Assembly: GCA_026996855.1 (NCBI GenBank)
Contig: JALWJZ010000004.1
Span: 4,334-68,333, forward strand
Source of the DNA: Anaerolineales bacterium
GTDB lineage: Bacteria > Chloroflexota > Anaerolineae > Anaerolineales > DRMV01
DNA: 64,000 nt
Reading direction: 5' to 3'
Shown here: positions 56,678 to 64,000 of the stretch, in pieces
How positions within the stretch are numbered: position 1 is the stretch's first letter
Layout of the letters: each line of letters starts with the position of its first letter
The notes under the pieces: model-generated
What the model was told of the DNA's origin: nothing
The model's database searches: none
Seen by the model: only the letters and a program-made list of their open reading frames with translations
Made by a program: the position numbers and the translations under genes

Positions 56678-57114
56678 CTTTCCAACTCCTCCGCCAATTC
56701 CACCGGCGTCACGACCTTTACCGCCAAATGCCCTAAACGCTTTGCTCTTTTCAGAAGTTTGTCATCGCTCGTGCAAAAATAATCCACCTTCCCTTTCTCT
56801 GCCAATGCCAAATGCAAAGCATCAAGGGGTTTGAAGCCCTCTTCCACCAAATGGTTTGCCCGTTCTTCTACCTCTTTCGTGATGACCAGGTGCTCTTTAG
56901 CCAACTCCAACACAGCCAGGGCATACTCCCGACGAACAGGGTGTGGATTGCGCCTCACCTCATAAACCAAGGCGTCTGATGAGACAATCTCCACTTGGCC
57001 ACGCTCACATAGCGCAAGGATGCCCAGAATCGCCTCGGCCTCAATGGCAATGCGCAAATGACTCGGCGTATCCAACGGCCTTTGAATCGCACCCACATCC
57101 AGATAGATCTTCAT
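56674..57114 (-). CDS. PIN domain ribonuclease (VapC-like toxin)
   Basis: The acidic quartet fits a PIN fold: D6 (IYLDVG), E in EAEAIL, D in PLDALHLALA, and D in FCTSDDKLL. Length is 146 aa. Confidence 0.8.
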   Translation of the reverse strand: MKIYLDVGAIQRPLDTPSHLRIAIEAEAILGILALCERGQVEIVSSDALVYEVRRNPHPVRREYALAVLELAKEHLVITKEVEERANHLVEEGFKPLDALHLALAEKGKVDYFCTSDDKLLKRAKRLGHLAVKVVTPVELAEELER

Positions 57115-57390
57115 GACTTCATTTTAGCATACCCTGGATGAAAGATCCCCCGCCCGCCTGACTATCAATTCTCCCGCTCTTTCGTCGCGAAACCGGCACA
57201 AACGCGGCGGATTTGTGTATACTATACCAAAATTTGCGCTTTATGCGGCGTGCATGCCAAAATCTTGCGGGTTTTGCGACGATTTTGTCGGATAATCCCG
57301 CGCTCGGGCGGTTTTCGCGACATCTTCTCTTTCGTACATCGCGCGCGACCACGCGCGCACGTTCCTTATCCGGTTTTCACGGGGGCACAC

Positions 57391-57547
57391 GCGTTTTTCA
57401 AAATCCAACAAAAGCGGCAAAACAAAAGCCATCGCATGTTCTCACGGAGGCACAGAGAACACTGAGAAAGTTTTGGCCTTTCCCAGCCATACTCCGTGTT
57501 CTCCGTGGCTCTGTGTGAGTATTTGTTCAAACATGAAAAACGCCTGG
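57391..57547 (+). repeat. CACRGAG-heptamer repeat element, full copy (MITE/REP-like)
   Basis: Reads gcgtttttcaaaatccaacaaaagcggcaaaacaaaagccatcgcatgttctCACGGAGgCACAGAGaaCACTGAGaaagttttggcctttcccagccataCTCCGTGttCTCCGTGgCTCTGTGtgagtatttgttcaaacatgaaaaacgcctgg. It is collinear with 42089-42233. Confidence 0.85.
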
Positions 57548-57639
57548 GGATAGGGCCATTTATCTTGATGGAAAACGGACGGTGTGGGATAAATCAAAAC
57601 CCGGCCCCTCGTGGGGCCGGGTTTTGCCGGGAGCGCTGC

Positions 57640-60600
57640 TTATCGCCCCGAGCCGTTGCCGCCGTCCTTGGGTGGGGTGAAGTGCTGGGCCAGGGCCTGG
57701 TACATGGCCCAGCGGCGCTTCACGTCTTCTTCCAGCAGGCTCAGCAGGTGCTCGGCCTCCTCCGGCCGCATGCGCACCAGTTGGCTGAAGCGGCGCTCGT
57801 TCAGCACGTATTTCTCCAGGGGTTCCTTGATCTTGGAGTCGATTTGCAGCGGGTTCTTGCCCTGGAGGAGGCGCCGCGGGTCGAACCGGATGAGGGGCCA
57901 GTAGCCGCTGAGCACCGCCAGTTTCTGCTGTTCCGCGCCGTAGCGCAGGTCGTAGCCGTGGGCGATGCACGGCGAGTGGGCAATGATGAGGCTGGGGCCG
58001 GGGTAGGATTCCGCCTCCAGGAAGGCCTTGACCGTGTGGGTGTCGTTGGCGCCCATGGCCACCGTGGCCACGTACACGTGTCCGTAATTCATGGCCATCC
58101 AGGCCAGGTCCTTCTTGGGCGTGGGCTTGCCGGCCACGGAGAACTTGGCCATGGCCGCGCGCGGGGTGGCCTTGGAGGTCTGGCCGCCGGTGTTGGAGTA
58201 CACCTCGGTGTCCAGCACCAGGATGTTCACGTCGTAGGGCAGGGAGAGCACGTGGTCCAGGCCGCCGTAGCCGATGTCGTAGGCCCAGCCATCGCCGCCC
58301 ACCAGCCACACCGTCTTGCGGACCAGGTAGTCCGCGATTTGCAGCAGGTCCAGCACTTCGGGGGTGGGCTCCATCTCTTGCAGGCGCTGGCGCAGCGCGG
58401 TCACCCGCTCCCGCTGCTTGCGGATGCCCTCTTCGGTGGATTGGTCCGCGTGGAGGATTTCGTCGGCCAGTTCCTGGCCCACTTCCGCGGCCAGGCGCTT
58501 GAGCAGGGTGCGGGCGTATTCCGTCAGTTTGTCCACCGCCAGGCGGATGCCCAGGCCGAACTCCGCGTTGTCCTCGAAGAGGGAGTTGTTCCACGCGGGG
58601 CCGCGACCATCCCGTCCGTAGGCCCAGGGCGTGGTGGGATGGTTGCCGCCGTAAATGGAGGAGCAGCCCGTGGCGTTGGCCACGATGAGCCGGTCGCCGA
58701 AGAGGCGGGTCAGCAGGCCCAGGTAGGGCGTTTCGCCGCAACCCGCGCACGCGCCGGAAAATTCAAAGAGCGGCGTGAGCAATTGGTTGTCCTTGACCGA
58801 AGACACCTTGATTTGCTCGCGCGGGGGTTCGGGCAGTTGGTTGAAGAAGAACTCCCAGTTGCGGCTTTCCCGCTCCCGGATGGGGGCCAGCGGACGCATG
58901 TTGATGGCCTTTCGGCTGGGGTCTTGCTTGTCCACCGCGGGGCAGAATTCCACGCACAGGCTGCAACCCGTGCAGTCCTCCGCGGAGACCTGGATGGTAT
59001 AGGCCATGCCCTTGAACTGGCGCCATTTGGCCTCGGTGTGTTTGAACCCTTCGGGTGCGTTTTCCAGGTATTTGGGGTCGTACACCTTGGCCCGGATGAC
59101 CTGGTGCGGGCAGATGATGACGCACTTGCCGCACTGGATGCACAGGTCCGGCTCCCACACGGGGATTTCCAGCGCGATGGCCCGTTTCTCGTAGCGGGTG
59201 GTGCCGCTGGGGTAAGTGCCGTCCGCGGGCAGTTTGCTCACGGGCAGCAGGTCGCCCTCGCCGGCAATCATCTTGGCGATGACCTCTTTGACGAAGGGCG
59301 GCGGGTCGTCCACCACGGGCGGGCGCAGGTCGAAGGTGGAGGTCACCCGACCGGGCACGGGCACTTCGTGCAGGTGGTCCAGCGCGGCGTCCACCGCGGC
59401 GAAGTTCTTCTGCACCACGTCTTCGCCCTTGATGCCATAGGTCTTGCGGATGGCCTCTTTGATTTTGGCAATGGCCTCGTCTTTCGGCAAAATGCCGCTG
59501 ATGGCGAAGAAGCAGGTTTGCAAAATGGTGTTGATGCGTCGCCCCAGGCCCACTTCCCGGGCCACTTTGTAGGCGTCCACCACGTAGAAGCGAATCTTCT
59601 TGCGGATGATTTCTTCCTGGATGGTCTTGGGCAGGTAATCCCACACCTCCTCGGGGCCGTAAGGGCTGTTCAAAAGGAAGACCGCACCCTCTTCCGCGTG
59701 CTTGAGCACGTTCATGCGCTCCAGGAAGTGGAACTGGTGGCAGGCCACGAAATTGGCCTTTTGGATGAGGTACGGGGCCTTGATGGGCCGCGGCCCGAAG
59801 CGCAGGTGGGAAACCGTCACCGTGCCCGCTTTCTTCGAGTCGTACACGAAGTACCCCTGGGCCCAGTTGGCCGTTTCCTCGCCGATGATTTTGATGCTGT
59901 TCTTGTTGGCGCTCACCGTGCCGTCCTGGCCCAGGCCGTAGAACAGCCCCCGGAAGCGGTCGGGGTCGTGGAAGCGCTCCACTTCCATGGTGAAGTCGGG
60001 GTCGTACTTCAGGTAATCCAGGCTGGTGTGGGTCACGTCGTCGATGATGCCGATGGTGAAATGGTTCTTGGGCCGCTCCTTGGCCAGTTCGTCGAAAATG
60101 GCCTTGACCATGCCGGGGGTGAATTCCTTGGAGGAAAGGCCATAGCGCCCGCCGATGACGATGGGGCGTTGCTCGAAGGGCGCCTCGCCCCGGGCGAAGG
60201 CTTCGTCGATGGAGGCCACCACGTCCAGGTACAGGGGTTCGGCCAGGCTGCCGGGTTCCTTGGTGCGGTCCAGCACCGCGATGGCCTTGACCGTAGGCGG
60301 CAGGGCCTGGATGAAATGCTCCAGGGACCAGGGCCGGTACAGCCGTACCCGCACCAGGCCCACCTTTTCCCCCTGGGCCACCAGGTATTCCACGGTTTCG
60401 GAAACGGTTTCGGACCCGGCGCCCATGATGACGATGACCTGCTCGGCATCGGGCGCGCCTTCGTATTCGAAGAGGTGGTATTGGCGCCCCGTCAACTGGG
60501 CGAACTTGTCCATGTACTTCTGCACGATGAGGGGTGTGGCCAGGTAATAGGGGTTCACCGTCTCCCGGGCCTGGAAGTACACATCCGGGTTCTGGGAGGT

Positions 60601-61290
60601 GCCCCGGATGAAGGGGTGCTCGGGGTTCAAAGCCCGCTCCCGATGCTGGCGCACCAGGTCGGAGTCGATCATGGCCCGGATTTCCTCTTCCGAGACCTGG
60701 ACGATTTTGCTCACCTCGTGGCTCACCCGGAAGCCGTCCAGCACGTGGAGGAAGGGAACCCGGGCCTCCAGGGTGGCCGCGTGGGCGATGAGGGCCAGGT
60801 CCTGGGCGCTTTGCACCGAGGAGGAAAAGAGCATGGCAAAGCCCGTGGGCCGCACGGCCATCACGTCTTGATGGTCGCCGAAGATGGACAGGGCCTGCGC
60901 GGCGATGGAGCGGGATGCGATGTGGAACACCGTGGGCGTGAGTTCGCCGGCAATCTTGTACATGTTGGGCATCATGAGGAGCAGGCCCTGGGATGCGGTG
61001 AAGGTGGTGCTCAGCGCGCCGCCTTGCAGGGAACCGTGTACCGCGCCCGCGGCGCCGGCCTCGCTCTGCATTTCGATGACCCTGGGCACCGCGCCCCAAA
61101 TGTTCTTCCGGCCGTCCGCAGCCCATTGGTCCGCCAGTTCGCCCATGGGCGATGCGGGCGTAATGGGGTAAATGGCTATGACCTCGGAGACCTGATACGC
61201 CACGTTGGTGGTGGCTTCGTTGCCGTCCACCGTTACGTAACGGGTTTTGACCTGCGTTTTGGTAGGTTGTTCGATTGCTTGTAAGGCCAT
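57640..61290 (-). CDS. nifJ: pyruvate:ferredoxin (flavodoxin) oxidoreductase, single-polypeptide type
   Basis: ORF 57640..61317; ATG at 61290 follows GGAGG. Strings IAIYPITPASPMGE, ferredoxin domain CIQCGKCVIICPHQ and CTGCSLCVEFCPA, TPP region GACAGCGETPY and GGDGWAYDIG. Confidence 0.95.
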   Translation of the reverse strand: MALQAIEQPTKTQVKTRYVTVDGNEATTNVAYQVSEVIAIYPITPASPMGELADQWAADGRKNIWGAVPRVIEMQSEAGAAGAVHGSLQGGALSTTFTASQGLLLMMPNMYKIAGELTPTVFHIASRSIAAQALSIFGDHQDVMAVRPTGFAMLFSSSVQSAQDLALIAHAATLEARVPFLHVLDGFRVSHEVSKIVQVSEEEIRAMIDSDLVRQHRERALNPEHPFIRGTSQNPDVYFQARETVNPYYLATPLIVQKYMDKFAQLTGRQYHLFEYEGAPDAEQVIVIMGAGSETVSETVEYLVAQGEKVGLVRVRLYRPWSLEHFIQALPPTVKAIAVLDRTKEPGSLAEPLYLDVVASIDEAFARGEAPFEQRPIVIGGRYGLSSKEFTPGMVKAIFDELAKERPKNHFTIGIIDDVTHTSLDYLKYDPDFTMEVERFHDPDRFRGLFYGLGQDGTVSANKNSIKIIGEETANWAQGYFVYDSKKAGTVTVSHLRFGPRPIKAPYLIQKANFVACHQFHFLERMNVLKHAEEGAVFLLNSPYGPEEVWDYLPKTIQEEIIRKKIRFYVVDAYKVAREVGLGRRINTILQTCFFAISGILPKDEAIAKIKEAIRKTYGIKGEDVVQKNFAAVDAALDHLHEVPVPGRVTSTFDLRPPVVDDPPPFVKEVIAKMIAGEGDLLPVSKLPADGTYPSGTTRYEKRAIALEIPVWEPDLCIQCGKCVIICPHQVIRAKVYDPKYLENAPEGFKHTEAKWRQFKGMAYTIQVSAEDCTGCSLCVEFCPAVDKQDPSRKAINMRPLAPIRERESRNWEFFFNQLPEPPREQIKVSSVKDNQLLTPLFEFSGACAGCGETPYLGLLTRLFGDRLIVANATGCSSIYGGNHPTTPWAYGRDGRGPAWNNSLFEDNAEFGLGIRLAVDKLTEYARTLLKRLAAEVGQELADEILHADQSTEEGIRKQRERVTALRQRLQEMEPTPEVLDLLQIADYLVRKTVWLVGGDGWAYDIGYGGLDHVLSLPYDVNILVLDTEVYSNTGGQTSKATPRAAMAKFSVAGKPTPKKDLAWMAMNYGHVYVATVAMGANDTHTVKAFLEAESYPGPSLIIAHSPCIAHGYDLRYGAEQQKLAVLSGYWPLIRFDPRRLLQGKNPLQIDSKIKEPLEKYVLNERRFSQLVRMRPEEAEHLLSLLEEDVKRRWAMYQALAQHFTPPKDGGNGSGR

Positions 61291-61434
61291 TGGTGCCTCC
61301 TTGGTGGGGAACTGCACAGGGAATCCGGGAATTTCGCAAATCCTCTTTGTTCAATCATAGTCCAAAGGGGAGCCCAGTACAAGACTTGGGTGCGCGATTT
61401 TGGCCGAGTGGCATAAGCCTTTGTTCGATAAGAA

Positions 61435-61480
61435 AAATCCGGAGCGGTGTCCAAGCCATCGCCCCGGATTTCTTCGACCA
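61435..61480 (-). terminator. candidate intrinsic terminator of folD
   Basis: Minus strand reads AAATCCGG-(21 nt)-CCGGATTT followed by ttcttatcg, about 30 nt after the folD stop. The large loop makes this only moderately convincing. Confidence 0.4.
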
Positions 61481-61511
61481 AGCCTTTCCCTGGGATGTGG
61501 AGACCCAGGGA

Positions 61512-62405
61512 CTACAGAGCAATGCGTTCCATGTCGGCCAGTTCCGCGGCCCGCAGGGTGTTTTTGAGCAGCATGGCAATGGTCATGGGGCCCACGCCGC
61601 CCGGCACCGGGGTGATGACCCCAGCCACCTCCTTCACCTCGTCGAAGGCCACGTCGCCCACCAGGCGGTAGCCCTTGGGTGCGTTGGGGTCGTCCACCCG
61701 GTTCACGCCCACGTCGATGACCACCGCGCCGGGCTTGACCCAATCGGCCTTGACCATTTCCGGCCGTCCCACCGCAGCGATGAGCACGTCGGCCTGGCGG
61801 GTTTCTTCGGGCAGGTTCCGGGTGCGGGAATGGCACACCGTTACCGTTGCGTTGGCCCGGATGAGGAGCAGGGCCACGGGCATCCCCACGATGTTGGAAC
61901 GGCCCAGCACCACGGCTTTGGCCCCTTCCAGGTTCACACCGGCCTCTTCCAGCAGGACCATGATGCCCGCGGGGGTGCAGGGCACGAAGAGGGGTTCCCG
62001 TCCCTTTTGGGCCAGTCGTCCGATGTTCACCGGGTGGAAGCCGTCTACGTCCTTCCGAATGTCAATCAAACCCAGGATGCGCTCTTCGTCCAGGTGCTTG
62101 GGGAGGGGAAGTTGCACCAGAATGCCGTGCACTTCTGGGTTCTGGTTCAGGTCCATGATGAGGTCTTCCACCTCTTCCTGCGACGCGGTGGCCGGGAGTT
62201 CATGGGGGAAGGACTGAATGCCCACCTCGGCGCAAGCTTTGCGCTTCATGCGCACGTACACGTGGGAGGCCGGGTCGTCGCCCACCAGCACGGTGGCCAG
62301 GCCGGGGCGGGGAAGCCCGGATTTCACCCGTTCCTCCACACGGCGACGAATGTCTTCGCGAATGCGAGCGGCGATGGCTTTTCCATCCAAGATGCGTGCG
62401 GTCAT
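61512..62405 (-). CDS. folD: bifunctional methylenetetrahydrofolate dehydrogenase/cyclohydrolase
   Basis: ATG at 62405 follows AGGAGG. Strings ILDGKAIA, LATVLVGDDPAS.VYV, GILVQLPLP, VVLGRSNIVG.P and PVPGGVGPMT. Confidence 0.93.
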   Translation of the reverse strand: MTARILDGKAIAARIREDIRRRVEERVKSGLPRPGLATVLVGDDPASHVYVRMKRKACAEVGIQSFPHELPATASQEEVEDLIMDLNQNPEVHGILVQLPLPKHLDEERILGLIDIRKDVDGFHPVNIGRLAQKGREPLFVPCTPAGIMVLLEEAGVNLEGAKAVVLGRSNIVGMPVALLLIRANATVTVCHSRTRNLPEETRQADVLIAAVGRPEMVKADWVKPGAVVIDVGVNRVDDPNAPKGYRLVGDVAFDEVKEVAGVITPVPGGVGPMTIAMLLKNTLRAAELADMERIAL

Positions 62406-62585
62406 GAGCAATACCTCCTGGCGTGGGAGTGGTCAGTGAGTAGTGGTCAGTGGGCGGTGCGTCGTCCCTGGGGGAAGTATACCTTGTGTTTGGGTCCCTG
62501 GTGGTGTCGTGGCGGTTCCGGTGAACCGGAAACGTGAAGGGTGTCATGCGGAGCGTCGGCCCTGGCAGGCGGTCTCGAGGTGTTT

Positions 62586-63356
62586 TCAAGCCTCCGTGCC
62601 TTTCACGGCATCGCGCAGGGCGCGCCACACTTCCAGCAGGTCGGGAATGCTCAGGATGAGGCCCACCAGGGTGCTCACCCCGCCCAGCAAACGCACCCAA
62701 AAGGCGCTGAGGCCCAGGAAGTTGACCACCTGGATTTCCAGGTGGTGGGTAGCCAGAGGGTGGCGGGAGATGTCGTTGCTTTCCCGGGGCATGAGGAGCA
62801 GGTCCACCTGCAGGATGCCCCGATACGTGCCCATGTCGTCGGCCCGGAGGGTCCAGTACATGTCCACGGGCTGGCCGGGGAACAGGCGCTTCATCACGGG
62901 CTCCGCGGGGGAAACGTGCAGGCCCGCGATTTGCAGCACGGCTTCCACCGAGAGGATGTGGGTTTCGTACAGGTTGGGGATGTGAATGGGCTGCCCCCCG
63001 ATGACGTGCCCGCCCGCGCTCACCGTGGGGGTGATGCGTCCGGTTTCGTCGGCCTCGATGTAGAGGCGCACCCAATCGCCGTCGCCCTGCCGCATTTTTC
63101 GGGGCCACTCCACGGTGAGCAACCGTCGTTCGTACAGGGAGCCGGGCGGCTTGGGCATGACCATCGCGATGGAAGGCCTGGGGGTGACGGTGGCCTGGGT
63201 TTCTTCGGTGGCTCCAGGCGGCGTTTGAATCTGGGCTGGAGACGCGAAGGTAGGGGTGGGGGTTGTCACGACCACCGGTGTTGGCTGTCTTTGACACCCC
63301 GCGAACAACAGAACCAGGACAATACCCCACCACGAAAAGGCCAGCAGGCGTCGCAT
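62586..63356 (-). CDS. hypothetical lipoprotein with C-terminal TM helix
   Basis: ORF 62586..63419; ATG at 63356 follows AGGAGGG. Signal and lipobox LLAFSWWGIVLVLLFAGC, a PT-rich linker, and a C-terminal helix GLSAFWVRLLGGVSTLVGLILSI. Confidence 0.55.
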   Translation of the reverse strand: MRRLLAFSWWGIVLVLLFAGCQRQPTPVVVTTPTPTFASPAQIQTPPGATEETQATVTPRPSIAMVMPKPPGSLYERRLLTVEWPRKMRQGDGDWVRLYIEADETGRITPTVSAGGHVIGGQPIHIPNLYETHILSVEAVLQIAGLHVSPAEPVMKRLFPGQPVDMYWTLRADDMGTYRGILQVDLLLMPRESNDISRHPLATHHLEIQVVNFLGLSAFWVRLLGGVSTLVGLILSIPDLLEVWRALRDAVKGTEA

Positions 63357-63492
63357 GGTGCCCTCCTGCGGGGAATACTGGGCGGTGGCCCTTCCCCGAT
63401 GTGCGAAAGTCCCTTCCATGTCCCCGGGTCGGGTTATGATGCCTCCCGGCCCGCATCACCGGGGCAGGCTGGATGCGGTTCCTCCTCCCCGG

Positions 63493-63624
63493 TTACGGCA
63501 GGGGGAGGACGACGGGCAGCAGAGTATGCACCGTGGCGCGGGCCAGGGGCCAGTAGGCCCACAGCAGCATACCCAGGCCCACCAGCACCAAGAAGAGGCC
63601 GAAGAGTCGTGTCCAGCGTTTCAT
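63493..63624 (-). CDS. possible 43-aa single-TM micropeptide
   Basis: Below the ORF-track cutoff. My translation is MKRWTRLFGLFLVLVGLGMLLWAYWPLARATVHTLLPVVLPLP, starting 19 nt after the secA stop. No clear RBS was seen. Confidence 0.3.
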   Translation of the reverse strand: MKRWTRLFGLFLVLVGLGMLLWAYWPLARATVHTLLPVVLPLP

Positions 63625-63642
63625 GTTCCTTGCCCTGCCTGT

Positions 63643-64000
63643 TCACCGTTTGCGCTTGCGTTTCTTCCGCTTTTTGCGTTTTTTGCTTTTGCCTTGCTTG
63701 GCCGATGCCGGCTCGGGTTTCCCTTCGGCGCCCACCGCCACGGCCGTGGCCTCCGGTTGGGGCCTTTCGTCCGCGGCCTCGAGGGCTTGGTCCAGGGGTT
63801 CGGCTTGGGCGGCTTCGGCCTGTTCCTGGGCCATCTTGAGAACCCGGGCCATGCCGGCCAGGCGCACCATGCTCTCGGCCACGTGATAGCGGAACATGTT
63901 GTAGATGACCTGGGCGCGGATGTCCCGAAGCAGTTGCTGGTAAAGTTCGAAGGCTTTGCGCTTGTACTCCACCAGGGGGTCCCGCTGGCCATAGGCTTCC
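63643..64000 (-). CDS. secA: preprotein translocase SecA, C-terminal fragment (5' part beyond the window)
   Basis: The frame continues to the window edge: ..EAYGQRDPLVEYKRKAFELYQQLLRDIRAQVIYNMF matches the conserved SecA C-terminal helical region. It ends in a Lys/Arg run, KSKKRKKRKKRKRKR. Confidence 0.85.
   Translation of the reverse strand, partial: EAYGQRDPLVEYKRKAFELYQQLLRDIRAQVIYNMFRYHVAESMVRLAGMARVLKMAQEQAEAAQAEPLDQALEAADERPQPEATAVAVGAEGKPEPASAKQGKSKKRKKRKKRKRKR

Noticed and set aside
57120-57390. A third attC-like site or an attI upstream of the PIN gene.
   Set aside because: It shares only short words with copy B (gatttt, aatcccgc). It has a 12-13-nt inverted repeat 110 nt apart but no RYYYAAC/GTTRRRY-type termini or stepped stem. 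It is more likely the promoter/operator region of the PIN operon.
53400-57650. An integrase, transposase or recombinase that could mobilise the island.
   Set aside because: No ORF on either strand in or next to the island shows tyrosine/serine recombinase or DDE motifs. Mobility is therefore inferred only from repeats and base composition.

Overview
This is a 64-kb chromosomal window of roughly 63-66% GC, judged by eye and by hand counts of single lines. Coding is dense and there are many long antisense shadow ORFs. Pro/Thr-rich linkers, the FemAB and M23 cell-wall genes, a CofH-type radical SAM enzyme and myo-inositol-1-phosphate synthase suggest a thermophilic Chloroflexota-like bacterium, but this is low-confidence inference. 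I support about 57 CDS, an RNase P RNA (rnpB, minus strand, about 18.68-19.12 kb) and a tRNA-Leu(CAG). Most genes are housekeeping. They include mfd, mgtE, pepF, ilvE, folD, recO, the secA 3' end, PFOR/nifJ, feoB with a DtxR-FeoA regulator, a meaB plus B12-binding mutase subunit operon, an aldehyde:ferredoxin oxidoreductase, a penicillin acylase, and a response-regulator/histidine-kinase pair. The stand-out region is 53.4-57.6 kb, an island that is clearly more AT-rich (about 40-50% GC by hand count). Two roughly 120-bp structured direct repeats there have attC-like architecture: RYYYAAC-like and GTTRRRY boxes, paired arms, and two extrahelical bases on one arm. They bracket a translationally coupled two-gene cassette of unknown function: a TM/coiled-coil/winged-helix-like protein plus a 489-aa protein with a CxCxxC knuckle. 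The cassette lies next to a PIN-domain toxin module. No integrase is present in the window. This is my best candidate for an undescribed accessory, possibly defence-related, system carried on an integron-type cassette. The window also holds a MITE/REP-like repeat family whose arms are triple CACRGAG heptamers (4 loci, two of them flanking the island), a family of 7-8-nt tandem repeats in short intergenic spacers, and several unusual domain arrangements.
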